Virus record (IMG/VR): IMGVR_UViG_2563366883_000008
Direction: 5' to 3' (one strand)
Length of the DNA stretch: 38,527 nucleotides
From: a virus
Taxonomy: Duplodnaviria; Heunggongvirae; Uroviricota; Caudoviricetes
Position 1 is the first letter of the stretch. Each line of letters starts with the position of its first letter. The notes under the pieces were generated by a model. The model had not been told where the DNA came from, did not search any database, and saw only the letters and a list, made by a program, of their open reading frames with translations. The position numbers and the translations under genes are program-made. Shown piece by piece: positions 27,941 through 36,126 of this stretch.

Positions 27941-28403
27941 CCGCCGAACGGCGGGCCTCAAGACCGGGGAGTTTCACCCCCTTCGAATAAATCCAGCGGA
28001 TGTACTGCTTACAGGACGCGGGCATCTGCCCGGCATTGATCAGGCGCAGAAGCGTGGAGTTGCGGAAGTTCGTTTCACCAGCCCAGAAGATCCACGAAGC
28101 CAGCGCCACCGTCTGACCACGGGTAAGCGGCACCTGAACACGCCGATCAATGGCCGCAAAGGCCCATTTCATGTCCTTTTCCAGTAGTTCCAGGCATTCT
28201 TCATCCGTCAGGGTCATACCCGGTTTCACATCCGGGCCGGTATGGCCGTAACAGATGGTTGGTGTACCGGTGGGATCGATATACGTGGAGTTTTCTTTCC
28301 CTTCCCAGTAACCGGTGTAATGCGTGGTAATGGTGAACGTCCCGGCACCGGCCAGAACAAGGGCAATCAGCTTTTTACGCAGTGGTGCGGGGAGTTTTGG
28401 CAT
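27903..28403 (-). CDS. Endolysin, T4-lysozyme-like (GH24), probably SAR-type, 166 aa
   Basis: N-terminal weakly hydrophobic Gly/Ala-rich segment (LIALVLAGAGTFTITT); YWEGKENSTYIDPTGTPTICYGHT E-D-T catalytic block. Confidence 0.85.
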   Translation of the reverse strand: MPKLPAPLRKKLIALVLAGAGTFTITTHYTGYWEGKENSTYIDPTGTPTICYGHTGPDVKPGMTLTDEECLELLEKDMKWAFAAIDRRVQVPLTRGQTVALASWIFWAGETNFRNSTLLRLINAGQMPASCKQYIRWIYSKGVKLPGLEARRSADEWLCRYDLPKV

Positions 28404-28474
28404 TGTTACGCTGTCTCATGATGTTCTCTGAGTCAGCGTAACGGTGAAGGAAAGGCGGCAGGCTTTGCGGAATA

Positions 28475-28897
28475 TCAGAAAAGTGGCGGTTGCGTTCTTG
28501 CCAGATGCAGACGGCGCTGTTCGCGTATGACGGTATAAATCTGGGTTTCTGACATCCTGTAATGGCGGCGCAGGGTTTCAATTTTTTCGCCCTGGCTCCA
28601 GCGGGAAAAAATCTCATTATTGCGCAGTTCGGTGAAAAGGGATTCACCGACCGGGAGATAATAACCACGCCCGCCCATGTACCCGGCCTGTGCGGCCGCA
28701 ACTTTACGGGCAAGCATTCCTGCCTGAGCAGGTTCAATCCCCTGACGGTGCAGTTCAGCACTGATCACATCAACCAGGTCCCGCAGCGTGCCGGGCCAGT
28801 TCTTTTTCAGCTCATCATCAGGAATGTCATCCAGACGGTCAATCAGCGCGTGCAGCTGTTCGCTGTCACCAAACATGCTCATCTGTGTTTCAGCCAT
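28475..28897 (-). CDS. Mor/C-family transcriptional activator of middle/late genes, 140 aa
   Basis: C-terminal HTH region and QPPLF terminus resemble Mu Mor as I recall it; directly upstream of the lysis genes. Cannot say whether it is Mor or C. Confidence 0.75.
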   Translation of the reverse strand: MAETQMSMFGDSEQLHALIDRLDDIPDDELKKNWPGTLRDLVDVISAELHRQGIEPAQAGMLARKVAAAQAGYMGGRGYYLPVGESLFTELRNNEIFSRWSQGEKIETLRRHYRMSETQIYTVIREQRRLHLARTQPPLF

Positions 28898-28939
28898 ACC
28901 CGCCTCCGGTCATCATTACACAGGGCAAGTTTAAAATAA

Positions 28940-28963
28940 AAATCCCGCGCTGTGGCGGGATTT
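28940..28963. terminator. Terminator hairpin, copy 1
   Basis: 9-bp stem aaatcccgc/gcgggattt, loop gctgtg; A-run before and T-run after, strong in minus-strand sense. Confidence 0.6.
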
Positions 28964-29237
28964 AGAGGCGCTGTAAATCATAACCCGAAATGAGCTGTGT
29001 ATTTATTGATCATTTTCCGGTGTAACTATATGATAAAGATCGTTTTTATTTTTAAAAATACAAACCCTGAAGGAGTTTTTCTTATCAAAAAGCTTGTGCA
29101 TATTGCGGGTTATTGTTGTTTCATCAACATGAAAACCAATTATCCCAACTCTTAAAGCACACCAGGCTTGCTCCAGTGCAAAAACAAATAATTTCAGTCT
29201 GCCTGACAGCGTTCCACCGGAATAAAGGAAGATATCC

Positions 29238-29660
29238 ATGAAACAACCTCCATCTTTGCTTTTATCGTGCCCACCAGAACTGGCCCATGAACTCAATGAT
29301 CTGGCGAAAGAGTATAAACTTACAAATCATAATATAGAAGCAGCAACACTTAGTGCTGCCGGAAGCGATATTGTATTGATCGTTCTGGCCGCAGCTTCAT
29401 GCGATGGGTTCTGGCAGGCATTAGCCAGTATGTTTCAGACGTGGTTACATCGTAAACCAACAAAACAAACACCCCCGGAAAAGAAAGTTATTCGTAGCGT
29501 CATTGTTCGTAGCTGGGAACACTATCAGGAGACAACTAAACAAACTGAATTTTATAACTTTGATGCTGATGAGCTGGCTAAATTGATAGCGTTATATGAA
29601 AAACCAGATGAAACAATTGGTTGCATAATCCCGTCAGAAACGGAAATTCAGGAAAAATAA
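29238..29660 (+). CDS. Hypothetical protein (140 aa), opposite-strand moron gene
   Basis: AGGAAG RBS; hydrophobic segment DIVLIVLAAASCDGFWQALASMF; AT-rich; stop immediately followed by hairpin copy 2. Confidence 0.6.
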   Translation: MKQPPSLLLSCPPELAHELNDLAKEYKLTNHNIEAATLSAAGSDIVLIVLAAASCDGFWQALASMFQTWLHRKPTKQTPPEKKVIRSVIVRSWEHYQETTKQTEFYNFDADELAKLIALYEKPDETIGCIIPSETEIQEK

Positions 29661-29683
29661 AATCCCGCACTGTGGCGGGATTT
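29660..29683. terminator. Bidirectional terminator hairpin, copy 2
   Basis: aaatcccgc-actgtg-gcgggattt, one loop mismatch versus copy 1; sits between the convergent stops of gemA (29687) and the moron gene (29660). Confidence 0.65.
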
Positions 29684-29686
29684 GGG

Positions 29687-30196
29687 TTAACAGGGGAATG
29701 ATTTTTCATACAGCCTGCAAACGCGCTCATAACTCATCACTGCACGCTCCGACATATCCAGGGCTGCCAGCATTTTGCGGCGGTGCCAGCGTTTGAGACG
29801 CTCCAGCACATCAGAGGCCAGCTCGGGGTGTTGCTCCAGCCACTGCCAGTTAGCCACACCTTCGCCGCCGTTCTGCGCGGCCGTCTGCGATTGCACCCAG
29901 CGGTTAAGGGCCGTTTCCGCACCATCAGAAATAAAGCCCTGCCGGTGCATCACTTTCCAGATGGCGCGAATTTTGGCGGTCACCGTACCCGGCTTTAAGG
30001 CCCGGTTAACCGGTTTCTGACGCACTTTAAAACCGCGTTTTTTGAAAACATCCAGTACGCGGGATAACTCATCCGGTGACATATCCCGGCAACTGGCTTT
30101 ACCGGTGGCTGCCAGCAGTGCGGATGTATAGGTTTCATCATCCAGAGCAAGCTCGCGTTTTGCCACATGAATGGCAGATATCAGTTTTCCTCTCAT
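29687..30196 (-). CDS. gemA: GemA-like regulatory protein (Mu gp16 family), 169 aa
   Basis: ISAIHVAKRELALDDETYTSALLAATGKAS... resembles the Mu gp16/GemA family; last gene of the early operon. Confidence 0.75.
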   Translation of the reverse strand: MRGKLISAIHVAKRELALDDETYTSALLAATGKASCRDMSPDELSRVLDVFKKRGFKVRQKPVNRALKPGTVTAKIRAIWKVMHRQGFISDGAETALNRWVQSQTAAQNGGEGVANWQWLEQHPELASDVLERLKRWHRRKMLAALDMSERAVMSYERVCRLYEKSFPC

Positions 30197-30504
30197 ACCG
30201 TATTTACCTTTTTACGGACATGGAAAGCCTTTTCTGGCTCATTCCACCGGATATGATGCGTTGGCGGAATAATCATTATGTGCCAGCCATCTCTGGTTGT
30301 TATTCGGCAGAAAAACTCACCGCTGTATAACACAATGGCCTGCTGAATAAGCGCATCCGCAGCCAGTTCAAGCAGATATCTTTTATCAAAAAGGCTGATA
30401 ATTTTCCGGCATAACCACCGGGTGATAACAAATGCGCCGAAAAACGATGTGATATATAAACACCAGAACAGCAGAGAAATATTGTCCGTTATTTGCTCAT
30501 CCAT
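30193..30504 (-). CDS. Hypothetical membrane protein, 103 aa
   Basis: N-terminal hydrophobic helix; AT-rich accessory region. Confidence 0.45.
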   Translation of the reverse strand: MDEQITDNISLLFWCLYITSFFGAFVITRWLCRKIISLFDKRYLLELAADALIQQAIVLYSGEFFCRITTRDGWHIMIIPPTHHIRWNEPEKAFHVRKKVNTV

Positions 30505-30829
30505 TGTGTATCTCCCGTAATTCCGGTAAAGCCGAAATATGGCACCAGTGCGTCACCTGTCCATCCTCATCTTCAAGGCAGGCTCCGGTTTCTTCATCAA
30601 CAAAAAAACCTTCATACCCGATATGGCCGATGCGCAGCTCCTGTCGGTGACCGTACTGAACAATCAGTACAACAGCCTCCATATCAGGCGGGAAAGCATC
30701 ATTCAGTGAATGCCAGGGATAACCGCGCAAATCCCCGAAATAAACCCCGGTCAGGGTTCCGCCACAGACCGGCATCCCGGCGGCACATACCAGAGGTTCG
30801 TCTGATTCAACAAATAAGGTCGTTATCAT
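30497..30829 (-). CDS. Hypothetical protein, 110 aa
   Basis: ORF in tight overlapping array; no recognised motif. Confidence 0.5.
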   Translation of the reverse strand: MITTLFVESDEPLVCAAGMPVCGGTLTGVYFGDLRGYPWHSLNDAFPPDMEAVVLIVQYGHRQELRIGHIGYEGFFVDEETGACLEDEDGQVTHWCHISALPELREIHNG

Positions 30830-31377
30830 GGCGTTAACTCCCGTAATACAGCGTCCCCGGCAGTCCGGCGATGGTGATAAATAAAATTCACCGTACTCTC
30901 GGATAATTCAAATTTCTCGCCTATTTCCCGGAAGGTAAGACGTCGTGGTGATTCAGCATCCCGTAATTCACGAATAAGATGAACATCATCGTCAGGTATA
31001 CGGGTGAAGGGCAGCAATTCTCCGTATTTTTTCATGCTTACGCCAATATATCGCGCCCGATTGTGGACAGAATCCCGGTCTCGCCCCAGATATTCTCCTA
31101 TTTGCTTACCGGTCATCGTTCTGGCATTTTTTCGGATAAATTTATCTTCATCATGTTTAAATCTTGGACGTTTGCATTTGAGCAACTCCGGGTAAGTACC
31201 GCGTAATAAAACAATCCGGTTATGTACACCCCAGAAACTTCTTTTTACCCTGACAGCAATATTCTTAACCGGGGTGGATGGATAAAGCGCAATCAGCAGC
31301 GCATCTTCTTCAGGTGTCCACGCACGGACATGAGCAGGTGCCTGACCTTTTCGCCCCATGGGTTGTAAAATCATCAT
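30826..31377 (-). CDS. Hypothetical protein with two HTH-like segments (SANT/Myb-like WTPEEDALL motif), 183 aa
   Basis: WTPEEDALLIALYP and two later HTH-like stretches (TGKQIGEYLGRDRDSV; FREIGEKFELSESTV). Confidence 0.5.
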   Translation of the reverse strand: MMILQPMGRKGQAPAHVRAWTPEEDALLIALYPSTPVKNIAVRVKRSFWGVHNRIVLLRGTYPELLKCKRPRFKHDEDKFIRKNARTMTGKQIGEYLGRDRDSVHNRARYIGVSMKKYGELLPFTRIPDDDVHLIRELRDAESPRRLTFREIGEKFELSESTVNFIYHHRRTAGDAVLRELTP

Positions 31378-31380
31378 ACA

Positions 31381-31896
31381 TCACCCCCTGACTCGCTTTT
31401 CAGCAGCATAAAACTCATCAGACAGAATTTCGGTCATTTTCTGATTTGCGGGTTTTACGCCGCACTCAAGGTAAATCACATCGTCAACGCAGAACCACTT
31501 CACAGGGCCAAACATGATTGCCGAGAAATCAATACCCAGCCAGAACAACAGGGCATCGGTTCTGGCATACGTGACGGGCGAATATTCACGCCACAGAATG
31601 TTCAGTTCATCAGAGGCAACACGCAGGGTTTTAGGGATACGTGATGTGCGCGGCGTACAGCTCCAGCCATTCGACGCAGTTGGTTTTCGCCATAAGTCGC
31701 GATGAAAAGGATATTTGTCATCCATAAAGCGCAGCCCCTTAAAACAAAAGCCACTGATACTGAATTCAAATACCGACCGGCACGCAACATTCAGCACGGC
31801 CTCAAGGCGTTTCGCCTCATCTTTTACCGTCTGGCAGTCCTGCTGGTATTTTTGCCACGCAGCCAGCGCGGCAGGGTTTGATGTTTTAAAGAACAT
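31381..31896 (-). CDS. Hypothetical protein, 171 aa
   Basis: ORF in the early accessory array; no recognised motif. Confidence 0.5.
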   Translation of the reverse strand: MFFKTSNPAALAAWQKYQQDCQTVKDEAKRLEAVLNVACRSVFEFSISGFCFKGLRFMDDKYPFHRDLWRKPTASNGWSCTPRTSRIPKTLRVASDELNILWREYSPVTYARTDALLFWLGIDFSAIMFGPVKWFCVDDVIYLECGVKPANQKMTEILSDEFYAAEKRVRG

Positions 31897-32429
31897 TACT
31901 CTACCTCCGCAGAAATCGCGGCAGGCGCAGCCGTCCGGTCAACAATCAGGTAACGCAGAACATGTTCGGTGATATTCCAGCCGCTTAAACCGCAGATAAT
32001 GACGCCCAGGCGAATGTCGATATACGCCATCACAAACTGGGGCACGCCTTCTTTCATGGCCTGCTCATCAACTTCAGCCACCACATAAACGGTTTCACAG
32101 GTCAGAACGCCCTGAGCAAATTCCCACGCCATCGACGGAATATCATGCCCCTCAATCCACGGCAGGGATTTTCTGAAGCTGCACCACTGAACATCATCAG
32201 CCGCACCTTCCTGGCTGCATTTGCGACGAACCGGCTGCACCGGGCGGGGACGCGGAATATCATAAAAACCGTTACGGTCCGTCAGCACACCGGCATCGAC
32301 CGCATCACGCAGAAAATAAACCATGGAGGATAGCGGCATATTCATTTTTTCTGCCAGAGAACGACTGGTCAGACGGCCAGAAAAACGCAGCCAGCTTTTA
32401 ACCCCTTCAAGCACTTTTGCATCAATCAT
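31896..32429 (-). CDS. Hypothetical protein with N-terminal winged-helix-like region, 177 aa
   Basis: SLAEKMNMPLSSMVYFLRDAVDAGVL HTH-like segment; 1-nt overlap with the downstream gene. Confidence 0.5.
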   Translation of the reverse strand: MIDAKVLEGVKSWLRFSGRLTSRSLAEKMNMPLSSMVYFLRDAVDAGVLTDRNGFYDIPRPRPVQPVRRKCSQEGAADDVQWCSFRKSLPWIEGHDIPSMAWEFAQGVLTCETVYVVAEVDEQAMKEGVPQFVMAYIDIRLGVIICGLSGWNITEHVLRYLIVDRTAAPAAISAEVE

Positions 32430-32432
32430 GAA

Positions 32433-33023
32433 TTATTCCTCCGTTATTGCGATGAATTCGGAATGCTTGATTGCCATCAATGACGGATGCAGCTTTTCAG
32501 GTGAAAAGGCATTATCTGATTCACCGACAGGAATACGAACCACAACAGCCCCTTTGTCGCCATAGAACCCGGCAGAAGAGCACGCCATAACTGTGCGGCC
32601 GTTGCTGACACCAAAAACCTCAAAATAGCAGTCCAGTTTATTAACCATCCAGGTACTGAATGACGGAAGCTGTTTTAACTTCTCGTTTAAGATATTCAGT
32701 GCTTTGTTCAGTTTTTTTCCCTCTCGGAATCTGCGGTCGGGCTTAACTGAAAATAAAACGCGGCCATCTTCATCAAATTTATCAGACAGCACCCGCTTAT
32801 TTCTTCCGACATCAACATCCTCATGAACCAGTATTGATGTGACAAAAATATGCCCATAACACCAGAAGTAAAGGTATCCTTTAGCTCTATGATTACTGAG
32901 AAAATCATCAATCAATTTCTTGCGCTCCCTGCCAGCGCAATCAAGCCATTCCCTGTGATAATGACGGGAATCGCGCTCATTCATTTTAAAATAACGATAT
33001 TTTATACTCATGATATGCCTCAT
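32433..33023 (-). CDS. Hypothetical protein, 196 aa
   Basis: AT-rich ORF immediately after gam; no recognised motif. Confidence 0.5.
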   Translation of the reverse strand: MRHIMSIKYRYFKMNERDSRHYHREWLDCAGRERKKLIDDFLSNHRAKGYLYFWCYGHIFVTSILVHEDVDVGRNKRVLSDKFDEDGRVLFSVKPDRRFREGKKLNKALNILNEKLKQLPSFSTWMVNKLDCYFEVFGVSNGRTVMACSSAGFYGDKGAVVVRIPVGESDNAFSPEKLHPSLMAIKHSEFIAITEE

Positions 33024-33095
33024 TCAGGCGCGAGCAGTCCCCTGACGCAAGCGCCATAATTAAAACGATGTGATATTTAAAGATTTAATGCGGTG

Positions 33096-33626
33096 TTATT
33101 TATTCAGTCCGGCGTCCTGTTCAAAAGGCTCGACATGAAAACTTTCAGCGCCTTTATTCACCTTAATACCAGCAATCCCTTTCACCGCATCCGGCTCTGC
33201 CAGGACAGCTTGCTTATTCACTTCCTCTTTCGTGCGGATGAAGCGCTCAAGCCCCATACGACGCAGCATTTCAATCACACCTTCCACATCACGACTGACG
33301 CTGCATGATGGATTTCCCAGCCGCCATGACACCGTTCCGGTGGTCAGATTGGCAGTTTTGGTTTCGCCGCCGTTCGTCAGCTCATTGCGGTTGGTTTTAC
33401 ACCAGTCATGAATCCCCTTAAAAAGCACTTTGATTTCTTTTTTAAGGTTTTCAATCTGTGGCGTATAACGGGCGGTGATTTCTGCCACTTCATCATTCAT
33501 TGCCGTTTCCAGGCGCAGCGCCTCTCGCTGAATATCGCCCAGGGTGCGGATATCGCGGCTGACCTCTTCACGGGTCTGCGGTGCCGCCTCTGCTGCGGCC
33601 TTTAATTTTGTAACGCGTTTTGCCAT
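33096..33626 (-). CDS. gam: Gam-like host-nuclease inhibitor / DNA-end-binding protein, 176 aa
   Basis: Strong resemblance to Mu Gam as I recall it (LETAMNDEVAEIT...TANLTTGTVSWR...FIRTKEE). Confidence 0.85.
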   Translation of the reverse strand: MAKRVTKLKAAAEAAPQTREEVSRDIRTLGDIQREALRLETAMNDEVAEITARYTPQIENLKKEIKVLFKGIHDWCKTNRNELTNGGETKTANLTTGTVSWRLGNPSCSVSRDVEGVIEMLRRMGLERFIRTKEEVNKQAVLAEPDAVKGIAGIKVNKGAESFHVEPFEQDAGLNK

Positions 33627-33637
33627 TTTGTTTTTCC

Positions 33638-33931
33638 TTATTGCAATGTGCCTGATGCTTTATGCACGCGGTGGCGTTTAATGACGGCATCCGCCCCAAA
33701 AGCCTGTACAGAGGCCTGAAATTCCGCTGAGAGAAACTGAATAATTGCAGGACTGTGATACTGGAGAATACTTGCATAAACATCACAGAGTGACGTCGGG
33801 CTGTTATCCGTATCACGTTCTGTTTTCACATCCACTCCAATCTTTTCATGCACTTCAACACTGTCATTGCCTGCCGGTTTTTCGTCATGCGAAACATGCT
33901 CAAATTCAAAAATAACGCGTACTTTGCTCAT
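33638..33931 (-). CDS. Hypothetical small protein, paralogue 2 (start at MSKVRVIFEF)
   Basis: N-terminus parallels the adjacent upstream ORF; tandem duplication. Confidence 0.45.
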   Translation of the reverse strand: MSKVRVIFEFEHVSHDEKPAGNDSVEVHEKIGVDVKTERDTDNSPTSLCDVYASILQYHSPAIIQFLSAEFQASVQAFGADAVIKRHRVHKASGTLQ

Positions 33932-33935
33932 GGAA

Positions 33936-34208
33936 TTACCCCTGTTGATTAAATTCATTACTGTCAATAACCCCGGTAGTCATGCCCCTGTCTTTCATGA
34001 ATGCACTGGCTTTCATTGCCACAAGCTCTGCGAAGTTTCTGCTTTCTGCCAGCATAACCACCCCAAAAATCATGGCAGGTCCATCACCTTTCTGCTTTAT
34101 CCCGGTTGAACGTATGTCCAGACTTACCCCCATGCGCACTGTTCCATCCGCGTTTTTATGGATAACGTGCTCCTTGTATTCGAAAATAATGCGTACGACT
34201 TTACTCAT
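33936..34208 (-). CDS. Hypothetical small protein, paralogue 1 (start at MSKVVRIIFEY)
   Basis: N-terminus parallels the adjacent downstream ORF. Confidence 0.45.
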   Translation of the reverse strand: MSKVVRIIFEYKEHVIHKNADGTVRMGVSLDIRSTGIKQKGDGPAMIFGVVMLAESRNFAELVAMKASAFMKDRGMTTGVIDSNEFNQQG

Positions 34209-34282
34209 CCTCTGGTCCTCGTTTTGTTCGGATAACTGACCCGGCGTCTGACCTGATGACAGAGCCGAACCATGAAGCAACT

Positions 34283-34513
34283 TCATACTTCCCAGTAAAC
34301 CGTGCAGCCGCTGATGCGGGTGGCTTTTACACGGCGGCGCAGGCCGTTGGTCTTAACGGTGATTTCAATTTCCTCTCCAGTCCCCTGAACCTTGCTTAGC
34401 GGCGGCGTGGTTTTCAGTGCAAAGCGTTGCGGGTAGCGTTTGCTGCGCTCCAGTACCGCACCGGCAAGTTCGGTCAGTCGACGGGCGTTATTCAGTGAAT
34501 CAAACAAATTCAT
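34283..34513 (-). CDS. Hypothetical protein, 76 aa
   Basis: ORF in the early array; overlapping start/stop with neighbours. Confidence 0.4.
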   Translation of the reverse strand: MNLFDSLNNARRLTELAGAVLERSKRYPQRFALKTTPPLSKVQGTGEEIEITVKTNGLRRRVKATRISGCTVYWEV

Positions 34514-34919
34514 AGGTGAACTCCGGTTGTATCAGTAATGGATTCATGCGCAATGCAGCCAGCTCTGACAGGAAGCCTCGATTAACTTTACCCATCCCCG
34601 GAATTTTTCGAGTTTCGCCACGCATGATTGCACGAAGAATGGAGTAACCGTGTCGCCACCCCTGGCGATAATCATCCATAATCAGAAAACCAAAGCGCAG
34701 GCTTTCCCATACATCCACATCAAAGCATTCATGATTAAAACGGCGTCTGATGGAATCAAGTTGCATGTCTGCATACCACTGATACAGGTCTATATACAGA
34801 AAACACACACCATCACCGTCCATCAATTCATAGATATAATCACAAACCTCCCCGTCATCGACGTTAAACTCTCGAAAGCTGTGGAGAACATTGATTTCCT
34901 GCTGTATCTGCATTTTCAT
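34500..34919 (-). CDS. Hypothetical protein, 139 aa
   Basis: AT-rich early-region ORF; no recognised motif. Confidence 0.5.
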   Translation of the reverse strand: MKMQIQQEINVLHSFREFNVDDGEVCDYIYELMDGDGVCFLYIDLYQWYADMQLDSIRRRFNHECFDVDVWESLRFGFLIMDDYRQGWRHGYSILRAIMRGETRKIPGMGKVNRGFLSELAALRMNPLLIQPEFTYEFV

Positions 34920-34931
34920 ATAACCTCTCGT

Positions 34932-35159
34932 TTAACTAACCCGTCTTGCACCGATAAAGCGACAAATATTGCTGTAAGCTTCTTTCGCACCTTCACGATC
35001 AAGTCCTGCCGATATTGCCATTCGGGTGCGATCATTAAATTCAAAGAGTAAATCGCCACATTCTTCACTGTCAGACATGGAGACTGCTTTGACGTTATCG
35101 AAATTCACCAGGTAAAAGCGTCCGTAAATATCAGGAATATTAAATACAGCCATAATCAC
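34932..35159 (-). CDS. Hypothetical small protein at the Mu kil position, 75 aa
   Basis: First gene after B, overlapping the B stop; position and size match Mu kil. Not sequence-verified. Confidence 0.4.
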   Translation of the reverse strand: MIMAVFNIPDIYGRFYLVNFDNVKAVSMSDSEECGDLLFEFNDRTRMAISAGLDREGAKEAYSNICRFIGARRVS

Positions 35160-36088
35160 ACCTGCGAGAGTAATTCAGGGTTGGTGTAAACCTCTTTAAA
35201 GGCCGCATTAATATGTTTTTCTGTCAGCGCCGCGCCTTCACCGCTGGCTGTGAGCCACGCCTGGTTAAGCGTATGTGTCAGAACACGTAATGCTCCCGGT
35301 TTTTCAGCAATAGCCTGCATGACAGCCAGCTCGGCCTCACCACTGATACCCCATGCCCTGGCAATAGCCAGCACATCCGCCTTTTTAGCCCTGCGAAGTT
35401 GTTTTGTACGGGCAAGACGGCTGAACAGGCGCGATAAATCATCAAAGGCGCGGCGTCCACCTTTAAACAGTCCGCGCGGGTTACCAATAAGCACCATCCC
35501 GATCCCCGTGGCGTCCTGAATTGCCCGGAGTTGCTCCAGACCGTCAATACCAAGATGATCCGCCTCATCCACAATCACCAGTCCGCGCGTTCCCATCAGG
35601 CGACGGCGGATGGCGCGGGATAATGCCCCTTTGTTCGCGCGGGTGTAATCAATCCCCAGCGCATCGGCCAGCTCCAGCAGACACTCCGTGACGCTGGAAT
35701 GCGCGGGAGACAGGGTGATCATCCAGGTGTTTGGTTGCTCCTGGCAGTAATTACGGGCGGTGGCCGTTTTACCCACACCCGGTACGCCCACAATAACGTT
35801 AATACAGCCCATCAGACGAACCGCCTGAAACAGTGCGCGCAGCTCCTGGACTGTCTGCGTTTCCACAAACTGCGGCGGTTCCGGCAGTGCGCTTTGTTTA
35901 TTCCAGTTCTCATACCAGGAGCGCAGGGAAGCAGCCACAGCAGCGTTATCGCCTTTATATTTTCCCTTACGGAAAGCCGATAATGTGCCGTCGGAAATTC
36001 CCGCCTCTCTGGCGATGGCATACTGCGTCAGTACGCCGCCATCAATAAGTTCATCAATGGTCTTGATTACATCGTTAATATCAGTCAT
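35156..36088 (-). CDS. B: Transposition ATPase B (MuB-like, AAA+), 310 aa
   Basis: N-terminal HTH, Walker A GVPGVGKT, Walker B VIVDEADHL; follows the transposase. Confidence 0.85.
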   Translation of the reverse strand: MTDINDVIKTIDELIDGGVLTQYAIAREAGISDGTLSAFRKGKYKGDNAAVAASLRSWYENWNKQSALPEPPQFVETQTVQELRALFQAVRLMGCINVIVGVPGVGKTATARNYCQEQPNTWMITLSPAHSSVTECLLELADALGIDYTRANKGALSRAIRRRLMGTRGLVIVDEADHLGIDGLEQLRAIQDATGIGMVLIGNPRGLFKGGRRAFDDLSRLFSRLARTKQLRRAKKADVLAIARAWGISGEAELAVMQAIAEKPGALRVLTHTLNQAWLTASGEGAALTEKHINAAFKEVYTNPELLSQV

Positions 36089-36126
36089 ATTATTAACCTC
36101 TCATTTGATACCTTGTTTAATCAAAT

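Noticed and set aside
27440-27961. ORF-track start codons labelled M at 27961, 937 and 6382
   Set aside because: These first codons are TTG on inspection, so the track appears to allow alternative starts; internal ATGs with better context were used where available.
29003-29296. 97-aa minus-strand ORF inside the moron insertion
   Set aside because: Lies in the AT-rich upstream region of the plus-strand moron gene and overlaps its start; an AT-rich random ORF is more likely than a gene.
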